A DNA stretch of 64,000 nucleotides, taken from the IMG/VR virus record IMGVR_UViG_3300017917_002954, positions 8,041 through 72,040 of that record. One strand, 5' to 3'. Source of the DNA: a virus. Under the pieces are notes generated by a model. It was not told the origin of the DNA and searched no databases. It worked only from the letters and a program-made list of their open reading frames with translations. Positions 12,301 to 20,008 of the stretch are shown in pieces. Each line of letters starts with the position of its first letter. Position 1 is the first letter of the stretch. Made by a program: the position numbers and the translations under genes.

Positions 12301-15300
12301 GTTGGAGCACCGCGTGGAGATGTATATCAGCCAGTGACCTTCGACCTCAATAGAACATACTTTGATGATCGAAGCACTGTGTTCTCTTCTACTGAAGTTC
12401 AAAGTGGTGTGGTTTATACCTTTGATTACTTGCCAAGTGCCGAGGACTCAATTGCCTCACCGGGACAATTCATATTTGGTCAGCAGATCTACGATGACAA
12501 TGTCAAGCCGTTGGATCAGTGGGGTACCTCAGTTAGCTATGTCAATGGAAGACTTTTGGTAGGTAGCCCAGGCAGCGATCTTGAAGACAGCACCTTGAGC
12601 AACTTCAACTATGGTCGTGTGGCAGTGTTCAATAACTTTGAAAGAAAACCAGCCTGGTCAGTGATTCATCAACAACAGCCAGTGGTAGACATCTATCTGT
12701 TGAATTCAGTGTACATGTACAACCAATTGTTGTCCAACAAGACTTACTTCTTTGATTTCTTCAATCCTTTGCAAGGAAAAATCCTTGGAGTTGCTCGTCA
12801 AAACATCAACTATATCAGCACAGTTGATCCTGCCAAGTACAATGTTGGCACAGTAAACAACAATGGTAATTTCTGGGCCGACAACAATGTTGGAGAAATT
12901 TGGTGGGATATCACCAGTGTGAGATTCATTGATCCAAATCAAGACGACATTACCTATGCCAGCCGTCGCTGGGGACAAGTTTTCCCTGGAAGTCGTGTTG
13001 AAATATATCAGTGGGTCAAGAGTGATGTTCCTCCTGCACAGTACGCAGGTCCTGGCACACCATACAGCTTTGACAGCTACACAGTCAACACAAGCCTAAC
13101 TTCACAAGGAATTTTTGCCACACAATATTATTTCTGGGTCACTGGCATTGACACCATTGCCACAGAGTCTGGAAAAACTCTCAGCACCACAGGAATTGCT
13201 AGATACATTGAAAGTCCAAGAAGCAGTGGAGTGCCTTATATTGCGCCTCTCAATGCAAATACCATAGCAATTTACAATGGTCTAGAATATATCTCAGCTC
13301 AGGACACGATCATTCACGTTGAATACGACAGAGAGTTTACAACTGACAACATTCACGTTGAATATGAATTGATTGCACAAAATCGTCCAGACAGTTTCTT
13401 GAGCAGTGGCCTGTATAGAAAATTACAAGACAGTTTCTGCGGAGTCAACTCCACTGGTGCTCTAGTTCCAGACCCAACTTTGAGTCCCCCAGAACGTTAT
13501 GGAGTACAGTTCCGCCCAAGACAAAGCATGTTTGCAGATCGTTTTGCGGCGTTGGAAAACTATTTGGTTAGAGCAAACAACATATTGAAAAACTTCCCTA
13601 TAGTGGAAACACGTAGATTCAATCTGTTGAACAGCCAAGAGCCAGAGCCAACAGTTTCCAGCGGTGAATGGAACATGCGTTTGGCAAATATTGAACAGCT
13701 TGGCTATCAAGATCTAGCAGAAGTCCCAGTGGGCTACAAGTACCTTGTTGTCAGCGACAGCACCAACAACGGTCTATGGACAATTTACACTGTAGTCACA
13801 TCTGTACTACCAGGATCCCCAAAGACCACTCAGTTGAGTCGAGTACAAACCTACGATACCAGAAGATATTGGTATCACATTGACTGGTATGAGCCTGGAT
13901 ACAACAGTAGTATTGTTCCAATCACTGAAGTTCCAGTGTACTCGTTGTTGGATACGTTGACTTTGGATCAAGCTCCTATAGGCAGCAGTGTCAAAGTCAC
14001 TAGAAACGCACAAGGCAAATTTGAAATTTATCTACGCACAGACACAGGCTGGAACAGAGTTGGTTTGCAAGACGGAACAATTCAGTTCAGTGAAGATTTG
14101 TGGAACTATGCTGTTGGAAGATTTGGTTTTGACGTTGAAGTATTTGACGCTCAGTATTTTGACCAAGAGCCCACAATTGAAACACGCAAAATTATTCAAG
14201 CCATCAACGAAGAATTGTTTGTTGAAGAACTTCAAATTGAACGCAATAGAACTTTGATATTGATGTTTAATTTTATTCTCAGTGAATTTACCAACCCAGA
14301 GTGGTTGGTCAAGACCAGCTTGATCGACGTTGAGCACAAAATTCGTGAACTGGTTCCATTCCAGGTATTTAGACAAGACAATCAAGAATTTGTATTGGAT
14401 TACATTCAAGAGGTCAAGCCTTATCACGTGCAGATTCGCGAGTTCAATCTAGCATACAACGGCTTTGATATCTATCAAGGCACAATGACTGACTTTGACA
14501 ATCCAGCATATTACAATACCAATCTGTTGATTCCTCAATTTGTAAGTCCAATACTGTTGCCTTACACACAAAGTACTGCGGTTGGAACAGGAACACCGAG
14601 CTCTATCAGCGACACGCCGGCCAATGCCGACATATGGGATCAATTGCCATGGAACCAGTGGTACAACAATTACCTGTTGACAGTTCAAGAAGTTATTGTG
14701 ATTGACGGTGGCCAGGGTTATACTGAGCCTCCAGAAATTGTGATCAGTGGTACTTGTATTGTAGAACCAACTATGCGAGCTGTAATAAACTCAGCAGGAC
14801 AAGTTATTGGAGTAGATGTTATTGATCCAGGTGAAGGATTCTCTACTGAATGTGTGATTTCCTTTGAAGCTGGCAATGGCTCAGGTGCAAGAGCAGTTGC
14901 TGTCATGGGCAACGGTTTGGTTAGAGCAATAAAAACTGTGATCAAGTATGACAGATATCAATATACCAGCGATGTAGTAGATTGGCAAGCAAACGTTGTT
15001 TACAACACTGGCGAAATGGTTCGTTATTTTGACCAGGTATGGTCGGCCAACAGCAATGTACAAGGACCTGTGTTTGATCCACAACAATGGACCTTGGTAA
15101 ATCCAGCATCATTGAGCGGAGTTGACAGAACCTTTGGTTTGTATGCTCCAACACCCAATGAACCTGGCAGAGATTTGCCATTGTTAATTGACGGTATAGA
15201 CTATCCGGGAGTTCAAGTATTTGGACCATTGTTCAGTCAAAACACTGGTTATGACGTGGGCAACTATGATATCAATCCATACGATAACATCAGTTATGGT

Positions 15301-17895
15301 CCAGAAGGTCGTCCAACATATGATCCAAAGATTTTAAATGCTATCTACGAAAGTTCATATCTTGACATCTATCTTGGAACAAGACCCACAGATGTCAATG
15401 TAGACGGTGGAGAATATGTTGACACTTATAGCAGTCATGCACCGCAAGAACTGATTCCTGGTGCAGAGTTTGATACCTTGGACTTGCGTGTTTACACAAG
15501 ACCTGGCAGTGACTGGTCTGGTGACGGCCATGGTTTTGCTGAGTACAGTCAAAATGTCATAGTAGATCAAGTGCCAGCAGTGTATGATTTTAGTTCTTGG
15601 TACAACTTTGTTCCGTACTTTGTGACCATGACATTGTTCAACCAAACCACAGGAGTAGAACTACTGCCTGATGTAAACTACACAGTTGATTGGGTGGCTC
15701 AAACATTCACTGTACAATCTGGTATAAATGTTGGTGACACTCTGTCTGGCACAGGCTATGCACTAGGTGGCGGCAATCAGTTGTTCAGAGAAAAGTACAC
15801 TGGCAACGGTGGTCTCAACTCTGTTGTGATTCCTGTTCAATACAATCAAATATCTGAAGTTGTGGTCTGGGTCAACGGACAACCCTACACTGGTGTAAAC
15901 TATGTTGCTTCACCAAGCAACACTACCACTGTGACATTTGATACCACATTTACAAGCAACGATGCAATTGTGTTGTATGCGCTTGGACCAACCACAATCG
16001 GCAATACCACTGTGAATTACAGTTGGAGTGCTCCGGTCACTCAATACATTGTTGGCGACGGAAACTTGTCGTTTACATTGGAAAACAGTTTGGAATACAC
16101 CAATCCTGTGAACTTGATTGTAAACGTAAACGGAGTTAGAGCTAGAACAGCTGCCGGAAGAAAACACATTGGCGATGGAAGCTCTGCTTACTTGTTGCCA
16201 GAACGTTTGGGATTCTCTCAAGCTATTATAGCAGACCCAGAAGTATTGGTATACGTTGATGATATTCCTCAAACTTTGGGTGTTGATTATTTTGTTGAAC
16301 CGTTTGACGGAACTCCGCGAGCAGTTGAATTTGCAGTTCCTCCTGCTATTGGACAACACATTTTGGTTGCTGTGACAACTCGCACACAATGTTATATCAA
16401 CGGAGATCAACTGGTGTTTAACCCAACACAGGGCCTAATTCCAGTGGATGGCGATATTATCACTGTTATAACATGGAATGATACACGTCAGCAAGACATT
16501 TTAACTGAAGTATTTGTTGGTCCTATATCCACTGGTGCCACAGTAGTTGAAGGCTATGACACCACTGATTTTGATGCTGGCAATGTTTCAGAAGAACCTG
16601 GATCATTTGACTATGCTGAAGGTGTGATTGTGACTGTGAACGATTTGCAATTGAACCGCGTGATCACTGATCCAAGTAGACTGTGGGTGACTCTCAACGG
16701 AGATAGATTGTTCTACGGCAATGGATTTACTATTTCTAATGAAGAATTGATATTGGCATCTGGTACACTAGGTCCATTAGACGTGGTTATGATCACAGAA
16801 TTTACCAATTCTACAGTGCCTGATGCTATGGCATTCCGCATATTCCAAGACATGCGTGGTGTACAAGCTACCTACAGAATCACAGCAAAGACCACAACAA
16901 CATTGACTCAACAGTTGCGTCAGTACGATGACATAGCTTATGTTGACAATGCTTCTGCACTTGATATTCCTGATCTAGAGAAAAATATCTGGGGAGTATT
17001 CACAGTCAACGGTGAAAGAATCATGTACCGAGAGATTGATTACACATTGAACACAGTGAGTGGTCTGCGCAGAGGCACTGCTGGTACAGGTGCAGCTGAA
17101 CATGCCGCTGGTTCCTTTGTGTACAATCTTGGACGTGGAAATCTAATGCCAGAAGAATTCCAAAATTATGTCGATGGCAATACATTTGTAGGAGATGGAT
17201 CTAGTACTGAATTTACAACAGATATCATGATTGACAATCGTCCATTGGTATATGTTGGCGGATCAGTTGAAGTTAGACTCAACGGAGTGCTTCAAGACTC
17301 CAATACCTACGCAGTGACTTCAGTGGAGCCAGTGAGTGTGGAGTTCACCGACAGTATTCCAACTGCTGGAACAATTGTTCGAATCACTGTGATTGATACC
17401 ATGAGTGTGTCAACAACACAAACATTCACAGCCACAGGATCAACCAGTCGATTCTCAACCACAATTGATATTGGGTTGGTTGAGCAACCAACTTCGAACT
17501 ATGTGGTAGACAATTTTGAGCCAGTGACTGTGACATTCAATACTCCAGTACCAACAGGACAAGTGGTTTACATAACCACAACTGACAATACTACCAAATT
17601 CAACTACTCATTCAGTGACGGAGTAGATGCCACATTTACCAGCGACATTGATTTGGCACAACCAATTCGTGTGTTTGTAGCTGGAATACAAAAGACAAAC
17701 AATGTGGACTACACTGTGACAGCACTGGACCCAGTGGCTGTTGTGTTTGTTGATCCTGTACCTAGCGGACAAGAAGTTGAAATTTTGGTAAGAAAAGGAG
17801 TTAATTGGTACCAGCCCGGAATTGATACTCCTAGCAACGGTGTAGCTCTTCAGGATACAAATACTCAGGCCGCAAGGTTCTTGAGGGGGCTTTAA
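3349..17895 (+). CDS. Giant (4848 aa) baseplate/tail-associated structural protein with FG-GAP propeller, two CBM5/12-like motifs and repeated beta-sandwich modules
   Basis: Uninterrupted ORF directly after the gp6-like gene. Contains seven FG-x-[SA]V...GAP blades, WQPNQKYAKGEIVLY and WQANVVYNTGEMVRY motifs, and the DYIQEVKPYHVQIRE baseplate-type motif. Confidence 0.75.
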   Translation: MARVRTVDFLPEIFQTSTNRQFLSATLDQLVQEPAYKRIQGFVGRRTGPGVNANESYVAETSATRANYQLEPGVVVKEADNNGKIKNAITYPGITDALSLQGANVERADRLYTSDYYTWDPFVDFDKFVNFGQYYWLPAGPESVNVFSGTVPLTDNFTVTRENGVYTFSGVAGENPAITLVRGGNYTFQVAQNQKETVNYRVTNQGTSAYLIDYLPNPTLTLVRGNTYVFDLVLKGDFPFFIKTEPSLTKNNVYNDGVTNNGASEGLITFTVPQDAPDTLYYANPVQPNMQGVLNIIDGTPGTGPGFWIQTDPGVNGRIPSTPNISSRDVLGVINNGEDLGTVTFNVPLATAQNFYYTLENVAPVDLITNLKFNQINNQYVEVFLAQYGGIDGIAALDGKTVVFLNETVDAQDGGWQRTTQFDPVSPGAANAGLPGTYDTTLFDQTTDILPEQRYTVWQIRYVTTDDGSQYINLVSVRNVEQLQKFSILYGTTYSSTQWYKTAEGYFEQIPLLTAVKDVLYYQDGTDPGIFGRFKLINQDQANTLDISDILGKKTYTSPNGVVFTNGLKVQFVGQVSPASYQNQEYYVEGVGTAIRLLPVSNYVTPETYTKSSTVPYDSTGYDIGNYDASLNQPLIPDYITINKASPDLNAWTRSNRWTHIDVINATAEYNNTVAVIDNAFRAKRPILEFRAGLRLYDFGTQGKQPVDIIDFQTTDALSNINGTVGYGVDGYSFISGTRVIFAADQDPQVRNKIYTVEFITPDSVNPLIAQPIINLVPASDADVSIDQTVVCLSGINQQGKSFYFDGVAWLPAQLKTGVNQAPLFNIYDQTGVSLGNRAKYPSTSFRGNKLFSYKQGVGPVDQVLGFPLSYLSLANVGDIVFENNLYTDTFIYTKDSVSTTENVSVGVVREYLDRTVYSDQLGWNRAITKSITRQQFRFQYDGQPLILDVKALVDLEIPGVQIYVGSKFVEPNSYTVQTTSNSTTITLNNVYVPGDVIEVDVISDQASKIGFYQVPINLENNPLNENSSTFTLGTVRSHYETIGENLKDISGPINGANNTRDLGNIGRYGTNILQQSAPLTMAGYFMRSTDYNIFSALEYNSREYEKFKAQLMDTVVRNDYTNYTIPDMLTAAISDITTGRTNVNPFYWTDMLPASSVYTELKTTITPISTNEFDLTTTYDFNSSNYQSVLVYVNDVLLTYGYDYTVATDAPRLTITVPLSVGDVVRIQEYDFTYGSFVPNTPTKLGLYPAFKPQIYLDTTYINPTLVIQGHDGSKTIAFGDFRDQLLLEFETRIFNNLKIKSDIPLKVTEVIPGQFRTTDYTLSEINEILSLDFLSWVGWNKLDYKNQAFDANNEFTWNYSASGNKLTTVENNSLTDKPLTIGAWRGIYRYFYDTDYPDTRPWEMLGFSQEPTWWEDVYGPAPYTSDNLVLWDDLAQGRVADPAGEYFRPEFARPRLQQVIPTGTEGQLVSPFDSVVGYYDSSQFQKSWVFGDGGPVEATWFKSSSYPFAIMRLLALTRPAEFFSLFADRDLYKFNSEYNQYLYNNRYRLDASGVEVYGNGISKASFIDWIIDYNQQLGRNSSERLTEELKNLDVRLCYRMGSFTDKQYLKIYTEKSSPNSLNSSLLLPDESYNLLVYKNQPFERIVYSSVIVQRVDDGYAVYGYSITQPFFNILASRTAGTKTTIEAGGSVVTVPNEYTTDVVQVPYGYVFANRTVVVDFLLSYGALLASQGLVFDDRENGRSLNWNQMAQEFLYWSNQGWDTGSVINLNPTAYSLTAINPQAIVDTVIAQTPENLILDQNRTTLPVRDLVVDRYENVFKISSLSNQTISYLDLKFTSYESMVVLDNVSIFNDLIYDPVTGARQNRINVSAAVSADWNGQLDAQGFILNDNNTVREWQPNQKYAKGEIVLYKNNYWSAQTIVQPSVEFRYSDWVKSDYTKIQRGLLENIPNKADQLANSYSTDSANLESDQDLLSYGLIGFRPREYMSALNLDDVSQVNVYKQFLKNKGTIQSIQLLGNANLGKEVAEYDVFENWAVQRATYGANANRSFFELRLNEALLQSDPAVVQIVQPQQISDADQKILLSDIWRQSYKLPNTDILPTTNTTPTDTALPSAGYVNIDDVDLTVFSLTGNLGITPAVLDTIGTGTTIWAAKSNSYDWNIYRCSNVPGFVRSVSSNLNTTSTVTFSVAHNLSVDNIIVIRLFDPRVDGVYRVIGVPDLTSVVIELSLGNANGGSIVGNGVAYFLQTMRVAQASDAANLPYVNELTSGARVWVDNDGTGHWQVIEKQQPFTANYTINPSAPIVNSQYGASVAQGQNNIIALVGSPGYNSTGAVYPYVRNVDNQYAQSSILTLNSTAVVGFGNAVDIGSQNWCVAGASQSNSNQGYASIIYRAENSNAFEQSQLLVSPDADFGTERFGSAVSISQDERWLYVGAPGKNKVHAYGRIDIPEESVRYTTDGLNRIFSYNQNIEISSDQQINVVLNNRLLTYIVDYTVTGVSVVLTDVPPPGQTLIISRKTGQKLDSEVYYNVVQNSTSGTGTGAKFTVDRTRGTYSVSLTAPGINYSVGNTLTIDAATIGGGTSPANDLVITVTGVTSGGITSFTYAGSGVSNTSTFDLAPYLYSATNIFSFTVTVDGVLQRPFIDYSFAGTTLTFINNPAAGASISVFAKTYFKYVATLQVAGLPSTANFGASIASSTDGRQIAIGAPNNTVNGNTNAGSIYVFDRSVTRYVVDNVNQLTYSIPTAAVNPVAVLVNGTFLTDQDEYLNGQYSVDLGNHTITLNSSATLQVGDIIEIESNIFRLIQQIDANAPFGAANFGSAVDMCSNNCSVYVGAPNDGTVMSGAGSVERRVNQARVYGIISSTNVNPSLTAGNTIRINNTEVAVPNSPNNNVAGLASAIVAAGIPNVTATVSDGKITISVLNVEAANEFNRLTVLPGVSGTAFSDLGFDSYAYTQTITSPNPVVSAGFGSAVFVDSEADNLVVGAPRGDVYQPVTFDLNRTYFDDRSTVFSSTEVQSGVVYTFDYLPSAEDSIASPGQFIFGQQIYDDNVKPLDQWGTSVSYVNGRLLVGSPGSDLEDSTLSNFNYGRVAVFNNFERKPAWSVIHQQQPVVDIYLLNSVYMYNQLLSNKTYFFDFFNPLQGKILGVARQNINYISTVDPAKYNVGTVNNNGNFWADNNVGEIWWDITSVRFIDPNQDDITYASRRWGQVFPGSRVEIYQWVKSDVPPAQYAGPGTPYSFDSYTVNTSLTSQGIFATQYYFWVTGIDTIATESGKTLSTTGIARYIESPRSSGVPYIAPLNANTIAIYNGLEYISAQDTIIHVEYDREFTTDNIHVEYELIAQNRPDSFLSSGLYRKLQDSFCGVNSTGALVPDPTLSPPERYGVQFRPRQSMFADRFAALENYLVRANNILKNFPIVETRRFNLLNSQEPEPTVSSGEWNMRLANIEQLGYQDLAEVPVGYKYLVVSDSTNNGLWTIYTVVTSVLPGSPKTTQLSRVQTYDTRRYWYHIDWYEPGYNSSIVPITEVPVYSLLDTLTLDQAPIGSSVKVTRNAQGKFEIYLRTDTGWNRVGLQDGTIQFSEDLWNYAVGRFGFDVEVFDAQYFDQEPTIETRKIIQAINEELFVEELQIERNRTLILMFNFILSEFTNPEWLVKTSLIDVEHKIRELVPFQVFRQDNQEFVLDYIQEVKPYHVQIREFNLAYNGFDIYQGTMTDFDNPAYYNTNLLIPQFVSPILLPYTQSTAVGTGTPSSISDTPANADIWDQLPWNQWYNNYLLTVQEVIVIDGGQGYTEPPEIVISGTCIVEPTMRAVINSAGQVIGVDVIDPGEGFSTECVISFEAGNGSGARAVAVMGNGLVRAIKTVIKYDRYQYTSDVVDWQANVVYNTGEMVRYFDQVWSANSNVQGPVFDPQQWTLVNPASLSGVDRTFGLYAPTPNEPGRDLPLLIDGIDYPGVQVFGPLFSQNTGYDVGNYDINPYDNISYGPEGRPTYDPKILNAIYESSYLDIYLGTRPTDVNVDGGEYVDTYSSHAPQELIPGAEFDTLDLRVYTRPGSDWSGDGHGFAEYSQNVIVDQVPAVYDFSSWYNFVPYFVTMTLFNQTTGVELLPDVNYTVDWVAQTFTVQSGINVGDTLSGTGYALGGGNQLFREKYTGNGGLNSVVIPVQYNQISEVVVWVNGQPYTGVNYVASPSNTTTVTFDTTFTSNDAIVLYALGPTTIGNTTVNYSWSAPVTQYIVGDGNLSFTLENSLEYTNPVNLIVNVNGVRARTAAGRKHIGDGSSAYLLPERLGFSQAIIADPEVLVYVDDIPQTLGVDYFVEPFDGTPRAVEFAVPPAIGQHILVAVTTRTQCYINGDQLVFNPTQGLIPVDGDIITVITWNDTRQQDILTEVFVGPISTGATVVEGYDTTDFDAGNVSEEPGSFDYAEGVIVTVNDLQLNRVITDPSRLWVTLNGDRLFYGNGFTISNEELILASGTLGPLDVVMITEFTNSTVPDAMAFRIFQDMRGVQATYRITAKTTTTLTQQLRQYDDIAYVDNASALDIPDLEKNIWGVFTVNGERIMYREIDYTLNTVSGLRRGTAGTGAAEHAAGSFVYNLGRGNLMPEEFQNYVDGNTFVGDGSSTEFTTDIMIDNRPLVYVGGSVEVRLNGVLQDSNTYAVTSVEPVSVEFTDSIPTAGTIVRITVIDTMSVSTTQTFTATGSTSRFSTTIDIGLVEQPTSNYVVDNFEPVTVTFNTPVPTGQVVYITTTDNTTKFNYSFSDGVDATFTSDIDLAQPIRVFVAGIQKTNNVDYTVTALDPVAVVFVDPVPSGQEVEILVRKGVNWYQPGIDTPSNGVALQDTNTQAARFLRGL

Positions 17896-17902
17896 ACTAA
17901 GG

Positions 17903-17908
17903 TAAATA
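17903..17908 (+). promoter_or_regulatory. T4-late-like promoter core TAAATA
   Basis: TAAATA 4 nt before ATG 17913. The same hexamer recurs in intergenic gaps near 18659, 18684, 24838, 43218 (+) and 49215, 59781, 63318 (-). Confidence 0.6.
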
Positions 17909-17912
17909 ACGT

Positions 17913-18059
17913 ATGACACAAAATACCACACAGAACCAGCCGGCACCGCAACAGCCGGCTCCAAAAAAACCCAACGAAACTGGATCAGTATCGGTGGAAG
18001 GATTTGTACGTATTTTTGACCCAGTAAACAAAGAAGTATTTGTGGAGAAAAGAGCATGA
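17913..18059 (+). CDS. 48-aa protein not in the ORF track; C-terminus homologous to the N-terminus of the next gene
   Basis: MTQNTTQNQPAPQQPAPKKPNETGSVSVEGFVRIFDPVNKEVFVEKRA*. Preceded by TAAATA and overlaps the next gene by ATGA. Confidence 0.8.
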   Translation: MTQNTTQNQPAPQQPAPKKPNETGSVSVEGFVRIFDPVNKEVFVEKRA

Positions 18060-18661
18060 TTCAGCCGGGCTTGGCAAAAATTGAAGGATTTGTTAAAATC
18101 TTTGACCCTGTATCGGGCGAGGTTTTAGTAGATAAAAAGAACGCTATTCATTATGAGAATATTTCAATCTCAATGGCACAGACTTTGGCCAACAGAGATC
18201 TAGGCTGGATTTACGTTATGGCATTTGGCAATGGTGGATCCAGTGTGGACCCAACCGGAGTTATTACATATTTGCCTCCCAACGTCACTGGTCAAAACGC
18301 TGACTTGTACAACGAAACCTATGAAAAGGTAGTTGACGACAATTCAGCATCAAACACTGATCCTGCAAACAACAATCTAACAGTATTGCATACCACTGGT
18401 AAAGTTTATACTGATATTTTGGTCAGCTGTTTGTTGGACTACGGTGAGCCACCGGGGCAACAAGCATTTGATAACAGCACAAACTTCAATGGTGAATTTG
18501 TGTTTGACGAATTAGGACTAAAAACGTGGAATGGTAGTGCAACAGATCTACGTTTAATTACACATGTGATATTTCATCCAGTGCAAAAAAGTTTGAATAG
18601 ACAGATACAAATAGATTATACTTTGCGTATCCAAACCTTGACCAACTTGAGTGCTGCATAA
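18056..18661 (+). CDS. Conserved baseplate/tail-fibre attachment-type protein
   Basis: 201 aa in the tail module, with MAFGNGG, FDELGL and THVIFHPVQKSLNR motifs. Confidence 0.6.
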   Translation: MIQPGLAKIEGFVKIFDPVSGEVLVDKKNAIHYENISISMAQTLANRDLGWIYVMAFGNGGSSVDPTGVITYLPPNVTGQNADLYNETYEKVVDDNSASNTDPANNNLTVLHTTGKVYTDILVSCLLDYGEPPGQQAFDNSTNFNGEFVFDELGLKTWNGSATDLRLITHVIFHPVQKSLNRQIQIDYTLRIQTLTNLSAA

Positions 18662-18711
18662 ATATGTACATATTATTGCTGAATAAATAAAGATAGGACG
18701 GAGTAAACAAC

Positions 18712-19995
18712 ATGGCATATACAATTAACTTAACTGATGGAACCATATTTGCTACTATTGCAGATGGTACTATCAACACCCAATCAAGCATGGTTTTAGT
18801 AGGTAAAAACTATGCGGGCTACGGTGAATTTTTAGATGAAAACTTTATCCACTTGTTGGAAAATTCATCTAATACCACGGCACCTAGTGCTCCTTTAGAA
18901 GGACAATTGTGGTGGGATTCAGGCAATAGCTTACTCAAAGTTTATAACGGTTCAACCTTTAAAACTATCAGTGCTGCCACAGCCAGTTCAACAGCTCCGT
19001 CAAACAACGTGACTGGCGATTTGTGGTACGACACTGTGAACCAACAGTTAAAAGTTTGGACTGGCAGTGCATTCTTATTGGTTGGTCCAGCGTTTACCGC
19101 AGGTACAGGCACAACAGGCGCCATTGTTGATACTATTGTTGACAACACCAGTGTAAGCCACGTCGTGATCAAATTCTTCGTTGAAGATGATGTAGTGGGT
19201 ATCATGAGTAAAGATGCCACATTCACACCACAAGCAGGTATCTCTGGTTTTACTACAGTACGTCCTGGTTTCCAGTTGGCCACAACAGTGGGCGCACAGA
19301 CACCATTGTTCCAAGGTACAGCTACAGACGCACAGACATTGGATGGTGTTGACTCTACAGGATTCTTAAGCGCAATTTCAAACGACACTACTAGTGGCAC
19401 ACTAGGCATTTTGAATGATGGTGGTCTATCAGTTGGTGTTGATCAAGACTTGAGATTGAGCGTTGTTGGAACAACAGCAACCATTTCTAATCAAACCTCC
19501 AATGGTAATATTGCATTCAGCGTAAACATTGGTGGAACTCCAACTACAGTTATGACAATCAATGGTGCCAATGGTACCATCAGCGGTAATCAAATCAACG
19601 CCAACTATGCTGACGTTGCAGAACGTTTTGAAGCCGATGTAGTTGACTTACCAGCCGGAACTGTTGTAGAATTAGGCGGAGCCAAAGAAATTACCAAAGT
19701 CACTGCTGAATTGAGTGATAATGTGTTTGGTGTGATAAGTACACAAGCAGCTTATTTGATGAACAGCCGAGCTGGTACAGATTCCACACATCCACCTGTT
19801 GCAATGACAGGACGTGTGCCTGTTAATACCGTTGGCACAGTTCGCAAAGGAGATCGATTGGTATCAGCCGGTAATGGTCTAGCAAGAGCTGCCAAGCCCG
19901 GTGAAGCCACAGCGTTTAACGTAATCGGCCGTGCTCTAGCAGATAAAACTAGTGCAGAAGAAGGCACCGTTGAAGCAATTGTGACGATCAAATAA
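18712..19995 (+). CDS. Tail fibre protein with C-terminal intramolecular-chaperone-like domain
   Basis: N-terminal LVGKNYAGYGE...ENF..LLEN, two GQLWWD/GDLWYD repeats, C-terminal YADVAERF...GRVPV...KGDRLVS...VIGRAL. GGAG SD upstream. Confidence 0.75.
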   Translation: MAYTINLTDGTIFATIADGTINTQSSMVLVGKNYAGYGEFLDENFIHLLENSSNTTAPSAPLEGQLWWDSGNSLLKVYNGSTFKTISAATASSTAPSNNVTGDLWYDTVNQQLKVWTGSAFLLVGPAFTAGTGTTGAIVDTIVDNTSVSHVVIKFFVEDDVVGIMSKDATFTPQAGISGFTTVRPGFQLATTVGAQTPLFQGTATDAQTLDGVDSTGFLSAISNDTTSGTLGILNDGGLSVGVDQDLRLSVVGTTATISNQTSNGNIAFSVNIGGTPTTVMTINGANGTISGNQINANYADVAERFEADVVDLPAGTVVELGGAKEITKVTAELSDNVFGVISTQAAYLMNSRAGTDSTHPPVAMTGRVPVNTVGTVRKGDRLVSAGNGLARAAKPGEATAFNVIGRALADKTSAEEGTVEAIVTIK

Positions 19996-20008
19996 TTAGG
20001 AATAAAAA

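Noticed and set aside
3349-17895. Intein or intron explaining the giant ORF
   Set aside because: No intein splice-junction or homing-endonuclease motifs were recognised. Repeated structural modules account for the length.
459-18057. Numerous short antisense or alternate-frame ORFs in the track
   Set aside because: They are shadows of long genes with recognisable motifs, and have no SD, promoter or motif support.
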